Origin: a virus
Lineage: Duplodnaviria; Caudoviricetes
IMG/VR virus record: IMGVR_UViG_3300035670_000261
Span: 1 to 55,611 of that record
Strand: one strand, 5' to 3'
Length of the DNA stretch: 55,611 nt
This document shows, in pieces, positions 35,162 to 44,577 of the stretch. Within the stretch, counting starts at the first letter, position 1. Each line of letters opens with the position of its first letter. The notes under the pieces are model-generated. The model worked only from the letters and a program-made list of their open reading frames with translations, was not told the DNA's origin and ran no database searches. Both the position numbers and the translations under genes were made by a program.

Positions 35162-36542
35162 CTACACACCCCCGGCTACGGGGAAGAAGTTCATGCTGTC
35201 TAACGCGCCTATGCGCGTACTTATGGGACCAGTAGGAAGCGGCAAGAGCGTAACCTGTTCATTCGAGATCGTACGCCGTGCGGCTATGCAGGAGCCAGAC
35301 AAGAGCGGGCTACGGCGATCTCGGTGGGCGGTGGTTCGCCAGACTGTGCGGCAGTTGGTTGACACGACAATCAAGACGTTTCTAGACTGGTTTCCTGAAG
35401 GCGTCTGCGGGCGCTTTATGCGCACTACGAAAACATATTATCTGGAAATGGGCGACGTGCGCGCCGAGATTATGTTCCGTGCATTGGACGATGCAGCGGA
35501 CGTAGCCAACCTTAACTCACTGGAATTAACCGGAGCGTGGTTCAACGAGTGCCGCGATATCGCGCCTGAGATTGTCGACGCTATGTCCAAACGGATCGGG
35601 CGATTTCCTTCGGCAAAAGATGGCGGACCAACTTGGGTTGGCATGTGGGGAGATACTAACCCGCCGACCATGGATACTTGGTGGTACTATCAGATGGAGG
35701 GACTTGACCCCAAGGATGGCGTCAGTCCTAACGACAATGGCTGGAATGTGTTCAAACAGCCCTCTGGCCGAAGCATACACGCTGAAAACGTAGAGAATCT
35801 GCCCGAAGGGTATTACGAAACGCGCGGGCGTAGCGATGAGTACATAAGGGTATATATAGATGGCGAATATGGTCTCAGCCTTGCTGGCACGCCTGTCTAC
35901 AAGTACTTCCGCCCTGAGTACCATATGGCGAAGATGCCGCTCAAGCCTATCATTAATGGCATTAGGCCATTGGTCGTTGGTATGGACTTGGGCCTCACAC
36001 CGGCGGCGATCATAGGACAACAAGACCCTAGAGGACGAATGCTTATATTTGCCGAAGCCGTCAGCTTCGACATGGGCATTCAACGCTTTACACGGACGGT
36101 CCTCAAACCTCTGTTGGCAGAACGCTTCCCTGGCATGCCTGTACAGATAGTGACCGACCCGGCTGGTATTCAACGAGCGCAGACGGACGAGCGCAGCGCC
36201 GTGGACATTGTCAAAGCCGAAGGTTTTAAAGTTATACCAGCTAGAACAAACAGCATCTCGGCGCGTCTCAATGCCGTAGATGATTTCCTCATGCGTCAAG
36301 TTGATGGAGACCCGGCATTTCTTGTCGATCCCAGATGCACACGGTTAAAGGCGGCGATGATGGGCGGCTATCGCTATCACCCAAAGAACGGCGGCATCGA
36401 CAAGACCGGCAACGCCGGTATGCATTCGCACGTGGCCGAAGCGCTTCAGTACTTAGCTTTGCATATCAACAGTATTGAGACAGGCGCTAATAGACATCAG
36501 GCAAGGCCTGTAAAACGAGTTGCGTCCGGCGGATGGACATGA
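35145..36542 (+). CDS. terL: Terminase large subunit
   Basis: GPVGSGKS Walker A; WFNE Walker B; DTNPP; GMDLG nuclease motif; SHVAEALQY. Confidence 0.93.
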   Translation: MSLIIDYTPPATGKKFMLSNAPMRVLMGPVGSGKSVTCSFEIVRRAAMQEPDKSGLRRSRWAVVRQTVRQLVDTTIKTFLDWFPEGVCGRFMRTTKTYYLEMGDVRAEIMFRALDDAADVANLNSLELTGAWFNECRDIAPEIVDAMSKRIGRFPSAKDGGPTWVGMWGDTNPPTMDTWWYYQMEGLDPKDGVSPNDNGWNVFKQPSGRSIHAENVENLPEGYYETRGRSDEYIRVYIDGEYGLSLAGTPVYKYFRPEYHMAKMPLKPIINGIRPLVVGMDLGLTPAAIIGQQDPRGRMLIFAEAVSFDMGIQRFTRTVLKPLLAERFPGMPVQIVTDPAGIQRAQTDERSAVDIVKAEGFKVIPARTNSISARLNAVDDFLMRQVDGDPAFLVDPRCTRLKAAMMGGYRYHPKNGGIDKTGNAGMHSHVAEALQYLALHINSIETGANRHQARPVKRVASGGWT

Positions 36543-36582
36543 TACATAATCCCGGCTGTTCATTTTTATCCTCTCTACCTTG

Positions 36583-36620
36583 AAGCCGCTGGCAATCCCA
36601 GCGGCTTTATCTTCTTGTTT
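36583..36620 (+). terminator. Rho-independent terminator after terL
   Basis: AAGCCGCTGG-CAATC-CCAGCGGCTT followed by a T-rich tail. Confidence 0.7.
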
Positions 36621-36676
36621 ACTTGACGTGAACTATGGTATGTGCTTCGCGGTGCAAATAACCGTAGGAGCGAGAT

Positions 36677-36922
36677 ATGCCTAAGCGTTCAATGCCGAAC
36701 CCACCCGCTGGAACGACCAAGCGCCCGCAAAGCCAACCTGGGCGCAGAGTCGGCGCAGTCGCTGGTGCGGCTGCTTCTGGTGCAAGCGAGCGACAACGCG
36801 AGATCGAGCAGATTGTAAATCAGGCAGTTAGTGCGGGTGCGCGCCGCCCGAGCCGACCGAAGCTGATGACCAACTACCCACGCCCTGGCAAGACCGACCG
36901 CCGTGGCAAAGGGGGGGTGTAA
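36677..36922 (+). CDS. Small basic protein (81 aa)
   Basis: AGGAG RBS; Arg/Pro-rich. Confidence 0.6.
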   Translation: MPKRSMPNPPAGTTKRPQSQPGRRVGAVAGAAASGASERQREIEQIVNQAVSAGARRPSRPKLMTNYPRPGKTDRRGKGGV

Positions 36923-37221
36923 TGCCTAAACCCCCGTCTAGAGGCAAGCAAGCCGCCCCCGGCGTTACGTTCACGCCAGAACCTACGGACCGGCTTAGTT
37001 CTTCGTCTTCGCCGCTTCCGAACCGCTATAGCTATGGCGAGATGGGTGAGCAGGGCGAGCTTCCGACTTATAGGGGTGAACATAGGCGCGAACGTCTAGG
37101 CGAGGGTGTTGCTCGCGCCGCTGAAGAACTGGCCCGCAGACGACCTATCATTGCTGGAGTTGCCGCCGCTGCCGTTAGCGGAGAGGTCAAGGGCCGCATT
37201 CCTCTGAACAAAAGGAAGTAA
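36922..37221 (+). CDS. Small basic protein (99 aa)
   Basis: TAATG coupling. Confidence 0.6.
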   Translation: MPKPPSRGKQAAPGVTFTPEPTDRLSSSSSPLPNRYSYGEMGEQGELPTYRGEHRRERLGEGVARAAEELARRRPIIAGVAAAAVSGEVKGRIPLNKRK

Positions 37222-37224
37222 GTA

Positions 37225-37590
37225 ATGGCCGCTATTCCCGCTCTTTTCAGCACTAGTGTAGCCGGTGTTCCCAGACTTATCTGGACCGGCATCACCACAA
37301 CTTCCGACACAGCTGATTCATTTATTGTAATAGGTCAGAGCGGAGTTGCTGGTTCTGTTCAGTTTGCCGGTACGTTTGCTGGCGGCTCCACGGCAGTGCT
37401 TCAATGTTCCAACGATGGCTCCACTTGGTTTACTATGAAGGATACGTTGGGCAATAACATCAGCGCTACTGCTGCTGCGTATTTTGAGTTTACCACAACT
37501 GCGGCTTATATCCGTCCGGCAGTGACCAGCGGCTCTGCAGATAACGTAGACGTCATTGTTCTTCTGCGCGGTCCAAGCAACAGTGACTAG
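37225..37590 (+). CDS. Virion structural / fibre adaptor protein (121 aa)
   Basis: AAGGA RBS; beta-rich; GTFAG...LQCSNDGSTW motif. Confidence 0.6.
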   Translation: MAAIPALFSTSVAGVPRLIWTGITTTSDTADSFIVIGQSGVAGSVQFAGTFAGGSTAVLQCSNDGSTWFTMKDTLGNNISATAAAYFEFTTTAAYIRPAVTSGSADNVDVIVLLRGPSNSD

Positions 37591-38896
37591 TTTTATCACC
37601 TCCTACCTCCGCAGACGGCGATTAAGCGGCGGCGCAAGACCGGCGTGGGCCAGTGATGCGTTGCACGCCTGGGACTTCGTAGAAGACCTAGCATGGTGGG
37701 ATTCTAAACGTGTCGGGCGGCTGGCGAACACCCCCAACTGGACTTTTAGCCGCGCTTCCACTGGCTATGCGCAAAACAGCGCTGGCGAGCTTGTGGCGTT
37801 TGCAAGTGGAGAATTGCGGCGCACGGACAAGGGCGTGCTGATTGAGGGGGCGAGGACTAATCTGATCTTGCAGAGTCAGACGTTCGGGACGACTTGGACC
37901 GTTACGCGCTGCTTGGCATTTGGGTCAGGCTCAGTAGCCGATGCGGTGGTCGCGCCGGACGGGACGACGACCGCCGACAAGCTGGTGGAGGATACGACCG
38001 CCAGCAACACACACCGGCTTCAGCAGTCCGGCATCACCGTCAGCGCATCCACTGCGTACACCTACACGATTTATGTCAAAGCGGCAGAGCGGTCGATTTG
38101 CACGCTGCAGATGACCGACGGCACTAACACGGGCTTTGCGTATTTTAACCTGAGTAATGGGTCTGTCGGCAGCACCAGCGGCACGTCGGCGCGGCATGTA
38201 GAGGCGCTGGCGGATGGCTGGTATCGCTTCGGCATCACGATGACGACCGCAGTCGGCGCGACCGCTATGACGGTGCAGGTGTTTATGGCTACCAGCACAA
38301 GCACGAACAGCTATTCAGGCGACGGCACATCCGGCCTCTATCTCTGGGGCGCCCAGCTTGAGGCCGCCTCCTTCCCGTCCTCCTACATCCCGACCACGAC
38401 CGCCTCCGCCACGCGCGCAGCCGACAGCCTGACGATTACGGGGGTCACTGGGCTGGACTATCCGCTGACGCTGTTCGCGGAGTTCGATTTTGCCGATGCA
38501 GATAGCAGCGTCATCGCTAGCAGTCGTGCCGCGTTCGCGTTGGGCACGAGCGGGACAACTGCGGAGCGTAACGGGATTTACAATTTGTCAGGCGGACTAG
38601 GCGGCCTATCGCAGGCGGGCGGCGTCACGCAAGCATCGCCGGGAGTCAGCGGGACAGTGGCGGTCAACACGACTGTAAAAACCGCGTACCGAGTGCAGCA
38701 AAATAATTTTAACTTCGCTAAAAACGGTTCTCTGGGAACCACCGATGTTTCAGGGACCGCGTCCGCGACGCCGAATATCATCACGTTTGGTTTTTGGCCG
38801 GGGTCGGTGGGCTGGTTGCATGGCTACCTAAAAAGAGCAGCCATCTTCGCGTCTGCCAAGACGGACGCCCAACTCCAAAGTTTGACGGCTAGCTGA
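37583..38896 (+). CDS. Head-spike / fibre protein with carbohydrate-binding and LamG-like domains
   Basis: FSRASTG, GVLIEGARTNLI, WGAQLE and SSYIPTT...TRAAD motifs. Confidence 0.75.
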   Translation: MTSFITSYLRRRRLSGGARPAWASDALHAWDFVEDLAWWDSKRVGRLANTPNWTFSRASTGYAQNSAGELVAFASGELRRTDKGVLIEGARTNLILQSQTFGTTWTVTRCLAFGSGSVADAVVAPDGTTTADKLVEDTTASNTHRLQQSGITVSASTAYTYTIYVKAAERSICTLQMTDGTNTGFAYFNLSNGSVGSTSGTSARHVEALADGWYRFGITMTTAVGATAMTVQVFMATSTSTNSYSGDGTSGLYLWGAQLEAASFPSSYIPTTTASATRAADSLTITGVTGLDYPLTLFAEFDFADADSSVIASSRAAFALGTSGTTAERNGIYNLSGGLGGLSQAGGVTQASPGVSGTVAVNTTVKTAYRVQQNNFNFAKNGSLGTTDVSGTASATPNIITFGFWPGSVGWLHGYLKRAAIFASAKTDAQLQSLTAS

Positions 38897-39363
38897 TGGC
38901 GACGATTGACCTGTTATTCTCCTTCCCCTCCGAATCCGACGGCCTCATCGCGCTTTCCGGCACGCCCTACGTCACCGAAGGCGAGAACGGCGCGGCGTGG
39001 AATCAGTCTGTGGTGTTCCCCGGCCTCCGCCTTGTCGTCACGCCCGCTGCGTATGATGAGGATGGCAACCAGACGCAGGCCGAAGTCCTGCTAAATGACC
39101 AATTCTGGCTGCTCATCAGCACCGTGGGCAACGCCCCTGACGCGAGCCTGACCGACATGGAAGCGTGTCGCATGGTTGCGAACCGCGAGCTGGCTAGCCA
39201 AGGCCAGCCTTTCATTTACAGCCAAGGCCTGCGCGCAGATCCCGCGCAGATCGCAAGCGTGACGCGCATCGACGGTCTGCCGGCTGGCTCGGCTTATCCG
39301 ATCAGCAATCCGCTGTCAATGAATCTCGAACTCACACAGGCGCAACCGCAAGCCGAGGAATAA
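38896..39363 (+). CDS. Fibre-associated hypothetical protein
   Basis: TGATG coupling; PAAYDEDGNQT motif. Confidence 0.6.
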   Translation: MATIDLLFSFPSESDGLIALSGTPYVTEGENGAAWNQSVVFPGLRLVVTPAAYDEDGNQTQAEVLLNDQFWLLISTVGNAPDASLTDMEACRMVANRELASQGQPFIYSQGLRADPAQIASVTRIDGLPAGSAYPISNPLSMNLELTQAQPQAEE

Positions 39364-39366
39364 TAA

Positions 39367-41451
39367 ATGGCAGGTCTGACGATCCTCCGCGTAGTGAGCA
39401 ACGACCAAATCCGGCAGGAGGAGGAACGCCGCGCGCGTGCGGAGATGGAAGCTCGCCAGAACCAGCCGGTTATTCTCGGAATGGCGCAGTACCTGCGCAT
39501 GTGCTGGGATGTGGCCAAGCAGGCTAAAGACCCAATCGAAAAGAATATGCTGAAGGCCAAGCGGCAACGCGATGGCATCTACGAACCGGAGAAGCTTGCG
39601 CAGATTCGCCAGCAAGGCGGCTCCGAGATTTTCATGCGCTTGACTGAGGTCAAGTGCCGATCCGCCGAAGCATGGATTCGAGATATTCTTCTGGATGCTG
39701 GCGCTCCTCCGTGGGACTTACAGCCCACGCCTATTCCAGCTATCGACCCGCAATATGACATGGAGCTGAAAAATTTAGTAGTTCAGCGCCTGCTGGATTT
39801 CCTTAGAAGTACGGGTCAAGCGCCAACTCCAGAAGATACGCGCGAGTTGGAAGAGATTGCGTTGCAAGAGTATCGATTTAGATTACTGCAGGTCGCGCAG
39901 AATCGCGCTGATCGTATGGCCGATAAGATCAAGGATCAGTTCGCCGAGGGCGGTTGGTACGAAGCGTTTGATGACTTCGTCACCGATCTAGTTACCTACC
40001 CGGCTGCCTTTATCAAAGGCCCGGTTGTGCGCCGCCAAGTATCGCTTGACTGGGAGCAAGGTGAATTTGGGCTGGAAGTTAAGCCTAAAGAGCGGCTTGC
40101 GCCTGAGTATGAGCGCGTCGATCCGTTTAGAATTTACCCCGAACCGGGCATTACTGATATCAATGAGGGATATTTATTCCAACATCACCCGCTTTCGCGG
40201 TCAGAACTTGCCGCTTTGATCGGTGTGCCGGGTTATGATGACGAAGCGATCCGTGCTTTGCTTGATAGCCCAACAAGAAACTCCTGGTTCTTCGACGATG
40301 TTGAGCTGACCAAGAACGAGTTGGAGCGGAAATACTATTCTTGGAATTCTCCGACCGCGATCTACGACGCGCTGGAGTTCTGGGGCAATATTTCGGGTAA
40401 AATGTTGCGCGAATGGGGCTTGTCAGAGGAACAAGTTCCCGATAATTCTCGTGAATACGCTGCAAATGTGTGGATTATTGGCAATTTTGTGATAAAAGCT
40501 GTCCTTAACCAAGACCCATTGGGTGAAAAACCCTATGCCAAGGCCAGTTTTTTCAAAATTCCTGGTGGTTTTTGGGGTCAAGGCATCCCAGAAATGATCG
40601 AAGACGTCCAAAATGTGTGTAATGCGAGTGCTAGAGCGCTTGTGAACAACATGGGACTAGCTTCTGGACCCCAAGTAGGAGTAAATGTCGACCGTCTTGC
40701 GCCTAATGAGGACGTAACGCAGTTATTCCCGTGGAAAATCTGGCAAACGGTGAACGATCCACTGGGTTCGTCGGCGGCTCCGCTCCAGTTCTTCCAGCCA
40801 GACGACCGTTCCGGCGTATTGATGGCGGTTTATGAGAAGTTTTCTCGCTTGGCTGATGAACACTCTGGTATTCCTGCCTATGTCAGCGGGGATATTAGTG
40901 TTACAGGAGCGGGTCGCACCTCATCTGGCTTGTCCATGCTTATGGGCGCAGCCGGCAAAGGCATTCGACAAGTTATTTCGCACATTGACAACTCTGTCAT
41001 CAAAGTAATCGTTCAGCGCCAGTTCGTGTACAACATGCGCTACGACGAAGATCAGTCCATTAAGGGCGATGTCGTCGTTGTTCCGCGAGGAACGGTTAAC
41101 TTGGCTGTCAAGGAGACGGTCAACGTACGCCGCATTGAGTTCCTTCAGGCCACGGCTAATCCGATTGACGCCGAGATCGTCGGTAAGGACGGGCGTTCTG
41201 CGATTCTGCGCGAAGTTGCCAAAGGCCTTCAGATGCCTGTGGATGAGATCATTCCATCTCGCGAAAAGGCCGCGTTCTCCGCGCGCATGGAAGCTAAAAT
41301 GGCGGCTCTTGCTCCGCCAGCGCCAGCGCCTGGGGTGGAGATGCCTGGACAGACTAACCAGCCAGCGCCTGTATCGACGTTTCCTGACGGCAGCCCGCGT
41401 GGTGGGCAGGCTGGCAATATAGTATCCAACATGCAGACGGGGGCGGCATAA
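39367..41451 (+). CDS. Portal protein
   Basis: 694 aa; RVDPFRIYP, FWGQGIPE, NNMGLASGPQV and RTSSGLSMLM motifs of P22-type podoviral portals; GAGGA RBS. Confidence 0.88.
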   Translation: MAGLTILRVVSNDQIRQEEERRARAEMEARQNQPVILGMAQYLRMCWDVAKQAKDPIEKNMLKAKRQRDGIYEPEKLAQIRQQGGSEIFMRLTEVKCRSAEAWIRDILLDAGAPPWDLQPTPIPAIDPQYDMELKNLVVQRLLDFLRSTGQAPTPEDTRELEEIALQEYRFRLLQVAQNRADRMADKIKDQFAEGGWYEAFDDFVTDLVTYPAAFIKGPVVRRQVSLDWEQGEFGLEVKPKERLAPEYERVDPFRIYPEPGITDINEGYLFQHHPLSRSELAALIGVPGYDDEAIRALLDSPTRNSWFFDDVELTKNELERKYYSWNSPTAIYDALEFWGNISGKMLREWGLSEEQVPDNSREYAANVWIIGNFVIKAVLNQDPLGEKPYAKASFFKIPGGFWGQGIPEMIEDVQNVCNASARALVNNMGLASGPQVGVNVDRLAPNEDVTQLFPWKIWQTVNDPLGSSAAPLQFFQPDDRSGVLMAVYEKFSRLADEHSGIPAYVSGDISVTGAGRTSSGLSMLMGAAGKGIRQVISHIDNSVIKVIVQRQFVYNMRYDEDQSIKGDVVVVPRGTVNLAVKETVNVRRIEFLQATANPIDAEIVGKDGRSAILREVAKGLQMPVDEIIPSREKAAFSARMEAKMAALAPPAPAPGVEMPGQTNQPAPVSTFPDGSPRGGQAGNIVSNMQTGAA

Positions 41452-41690
41452 TGAAACGCCCACCCCCCGAAGTTATTGAGCAACTTGCGTATGCTACTAA
41501 GCATTACCCGTTGCTTTTTAAGTGGCTAGAGGAGTGGCGGCAGGCTGAATTAGAGGCTTTGCCGAGCGCCCTCACCAACACGGCGCTTGCACAGGGGCGG
41601 TGCCTTGTTCTTAGCGAGCTTGTCAAGCTAGCTAAAGAAGCCCCTGAGTTGACGGCCAAGCCAAGGGCAGCCGTCGTGGCACACCGATAA
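41451..41690 (+). CDS. Small portal-adjacent protein
   Basis: TAATG coupling; AQGR motif. Confidence 0.65.
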   Translation: MKRPPPEVIEQLAYATKHYPLLFKWLEEWRQAELEALPSALTNTALAQGRCLVLSELVKLAKEAPELTAKPRAAVVAHR

Positions 41691-41699
41691 GGAGCTTTT

Positions 41700-42719
41700 A
41701 TGTCACTTCCAGCACAGGTCCGTAAGCAGTCAGAGGCTATTCAAGAGCTTTATCGGCAGATGGCTACCGATCAGGAGCCCGCGCAAAACGCGGAACCTGT
41801 AGCCGAACCTGTCGAAACTCCGCCTCCTGCCGAAGACCAGAGTCAGAATAACAACCAACAGCCGAACGAACCGGTTGCTGGTGGCCAAGATGAGACGTTG
41901 ATGCAGCGTTATCGTACGCTGCAAGGTATGTTTAATGCGGAAGTTCCGCGTCTTCAGCAAACCAATAAGGCGCTTCAAGCCCGTGTCGATCAGCTTGAAC
42001 ATCTTCTGTCTACTATGTCAGCTCAACAACCACAGCCAAAGGCTCAACCAGCCCAACAAACTGTGTCTTCTCTAATTACTGAGAAAGATGTTGAAGAATA
42101 TGGAGATTCGATTGATGTCATGCGGCGCGCGGCGCGTGAAGAGATCGCTGCTTTGCATGATGAGATTGCCCAACTGAAAGGGTTTGTTGGCCAAATGCAG
42201 GCTAACGTGGTGCCTCGCGTAGAGCAGGTAGCGCGCAATCAAGCTGCATCGGCTGAACAACAATTTTGGTCAGAGCTGCAAAACCGCGTGCCCAATTGGC
42301 AGACTATCAACAGCAATCCAGAATTTCAAAACTGGTTGCTGCAAACTGATCCGCTGACTGGAATCACGCGACAAACATATCTGGACGATGCGCAACAAGC
42401 ATTGGATGCACGCCGAGTGGCGGCATTCTTTCTCCCTTGGATGGAACAAGCTGGAAGCCAAGACGTTCGTGTTCAATCCCAACCCCAGCCGCAAGCTCCA
42501 AACCGCAAGGCTGAGTTGGAAGCGCAGGTAGCTCCCGGTCGTCCGCGAACGGTCGCACCTTCACTAGCCAACCAAGCCAAGACCTATACGCAAACCGACA
42601 TCAAGACGTTTTACAACGACATCCGTGCCGGGAAGTTTAAAGGTCGCGACGCGGAGCGGGCAAAAATCGAATCCGACATCTTCGCTGCACAGCGGGATGG
42701 TCGAATCATTCAAACCTAG
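41700..42719 (+). CDS. Capsid scaffolding protein
   Basis: Acidic/Gln-rich coiled coil, RYRTLQGM motif, immediately before the MCP; AAGGAG RBS. Confidence 0.75.
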   Translation: MSLPAQVRKQSEAIQELYRQMATDQEPAQNAEPVAEPVETPPPAEDQSQNNNQQPNEPVAGGQDETLMQRYRTLQGMFNAEVPRLQQTNKALQARVDQLEHLLSTMSAQQPQPKAQPAQQTVSSLITEKDVEEYGDSIDVMRRAAREEIAALHDEIAQLKGFVGQMQANVVPRVEQVARNQAASAEQQFWSELQNRVPNWQTINSNPEFQNWLLQTDPLTGITRQTYLDDAQQALDARRVAAFFLPWMEQAGSQDVRVQSQPQPQAPNRKAELEAQVAPGRPRTVAPSLANQAKTYTQTDIKTFYNDIRAGKFKGRDAERAKIESDIFAAQRDGRIIQT

Positions 42720-42729
42720 GAGCAGATAA

Positions 42730-43653
42730 ATGTCGTACCCTGTTGTTCCGGGGCGTCCGAATTACTCTGGTAATTTCATCCCCGAAATTTGGTCAGGCAA
42801 GCTGATCGAAAACTTCTATGACGCAACCGTTTTGGCTGCGATCAGCAATACTGATTACGAAGGCGAAATCAAGTCGATGGGTGATACGGTCAACATCCGT
42901 ACCACGCCGGAGATCACGATCCGCGATTACGTCAAGGGCCAAACCCTGACGGTCGAGCATCCGGACAAGCCGAAGCTGCAGCTTGTCATTGACAAGGGCG
43001 AATACTTTGCCTGCGTTGAAGACGACGTTGACCGCATTCAAGCCGACGTGAATCTTATGGATACTTGGTCCAAGGACGCTTCTGAGCGTATGAAGATCAA
43101 GATCGACCAACGCGTTCTGACCGATATCCTTCCGGATATCGCGGCTGCCAACAAGGGCGCTACGGCTGGCGAGCAATCGGCTTCGTTCAACCTTGGCACC
43201 ACGGGCGCTCCGCTCACGGTTACTAAGGATGGCGCTGCCGGCACGACGCCTGTTGTCGACCTCATTGTCGATATGGGCACGGTGCTTGACGAAGCCAATG
43301 CTCCGGAACAGGGACGCTTCCTCGTCATTCCCGCCAAGATGGCTGGCCTGATTAAGAAGTCGGAACTGAAGGATGCGTCGCTCACCGGCGACGGCACGAC
43401 GCCCATTCGCAACGGTCGTCTCGGCATGATTGATCGTTTCACGCTCTATGTGTCGCACAACTTGTATGTCTCATCTGGCAAGTACAGCCTCATCGCTGGC
43501 CACAAGATGGGCTTCACGTTTGCGTCGCAGATGACGGAAATGGAAACCATTCGTTCCGAATCCACGTTCGGCAACATCGTTCGCGGTCTGCAGGTCTATG
43601 GCTACAAGGTTGTGAAGCCTGAAGCTCTGGCCCAAGCCGTCGTTCAATTCTAA
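42730..43653 (+). CDS. Major capsid protein (P22 coat-like, HK97 fold)
   Basis: FIPEIWS, NTDYEGEI, GDTVNI and RGLQVYGYKVVKPEAL motifs. Confidence 0.92.
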   Translation: MSYPVVPGRPNYSGNFIPEIWSGKLIENFYDATVLAAISNTDYEGEIKSMGDTVNIRTTPEITIRDYVKGQTLTVEHPDKPKLQLVIDKGEYFACVEDDVDRIQADVNLMDTWSKDASERMKIKIDQRVLTDILPDIAAANKGATAGEQSASFNLGTTGAPLTVTKDGAAGTTPVVDLIVDMGTVLDEANAPEQGRFLVIPAKMAGLIKKSELKDASLTGDGTTPIRNGRLGMIDRFTLYVSHNLYVSSGKYSLIAGHKMGFTFASQMTEMETIRSESTFGNIVRGLQVYGYKVVKPEALAQAVVQF

Positions 43654-43667
43654 CGGAGGCACCTACA

Positions 43668-44120
43668 ATGGCTGCTTATACTGACTCACTCGGCTTCAAT
43701 AAGGGCACGGCTGCGTACCCGGACGGAACCGGCATCTCTAAGTACAGTGTTGAAGTTGATTTTGCTAAGGTTGTTGCGGCTCGTTCCGCTGCCGGCGCTA
43801 CGGCGCTTGCGGCTACGGACACGCTTCAAATCATCTCTTTGCCGGCTAACACCGTTGTTCTTTCGGCGGGTCTGACGGTTAAGGAGGTTGAGTCGACCAA
43901 CACCACGGCGACCTTTGACCTCGGTTTCACCGGCGGCACGCCGTACGCTGCTAACGCGTACGCAAACGACGTCGCGTCGAACTCATTGGGCCTGAAGGCG
44001 GCTGATCTTGCTAACCCTTCAGTCGTCGCGACTGCCGACACCATCGACCTTCTGCTTAACACGGCGGTTCCGACTGACTGTGTCATCGAAGTGTTCGCGG
44101 TCGTCGTGGATTGCAACTAA
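43668..44120 (+). CDS. Capsid decoration / cement protein
   Basis: Follows the MCP; GGAGG RBS; beta-rich. Confidence 0.65.
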   Translation: MAAYTDSLGFNKGTAAYPDGTGISKYSVEVDFAKVVAARSAAGATALAATDTLQIISLPANTVVLSAGLTVKEVESTNTTATFDLGFTGGTPYAANAYANDVASNSLGLKAADLANPSVVATADTIDLLLNTAVPTDCVIEVFAVVVDCN

Positions 44121-44125
44121 CAGGG

Positions 44126-44150
44126 AGCAGGGGCTTCGGCCCCTGCTTTC
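44126..44150 (+). terminator. cUUCGg hairpin / weak terminator after the capsid genes
   Basis: AGCAGGGGC-TTCG-GCCCCTGCT then TTC. Confidence 0.65.
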
Positions 44151-44163
44151 ATAGGAGATAGTC

Positions 44164-44535
44164 ATGGGTGTTTATACTGGGATTGCCCAAGACAACGTCA
44201 CGATCATTAGCGGAAAGGCTGACGCCCTTACGCTGCGGTCCGTCGTGTCTTTGGCTCCCGTCACCAAGACGGCAAGCTTCACACTTGGCGCGTATGAAAA
44301 CTTTGTTGTCTGCAACGGCGCTGGTTCTATCACTGTCACTTTCCCTACGGCTTCGGCCAATTCGGGGCGTGTGGTGTGGATCAAGACCATTGCTGCACAA
44401 ACAGTGGTTTCTGCGTCTTCGAACGTGAAGCCAATCAATTCCAACACGGCAGGTACGGCAATTCTTGCCGCGTCAGCCGGCGCTTGGGCTATGCTTGTCT
44501 GTGACGGCACAAGCTGGATTATTATGGCGTCCTAA
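44164..44535 (+). CDS. Short fibre / adaptor protein
   Basis: TKTASFTL...ITVTFPTA...LVCDGTSWII fibre-type domain. Confidence 0.65.
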   Translation: MGVYTGIAQDNVTIISGKADALTLRSVVSLAPVTKTASFTLGAYENFVVCNGAGSITVTFPTASANSGRVVWIKTIAAQTVVSASSNVKPINSNTAGTAILAASAGAWAMLVCDGTSWIIMAS

Positions 44536-44537
44536 CG

Positions 44538-44559
44538 GTAGGGGGCTTCGGCCCCCTAC
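44538..44559 (+). other. cUUCGg hairpin without U-tract
   Basis: GTAGGGGGC-TTCG-GCCCCCTAC. Confidence 0.65.
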
Positions 44560-44577
44560 TAACTACAGAGAATAACC

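Noticed and set aside
36620-36660. Late promoter upstream of 36677 (TTGACG...)
   Set aside because: A -35-like hexamer is present but there is no acceptable -10 at 16-18 nt spacing, so it is not supported enough to call.
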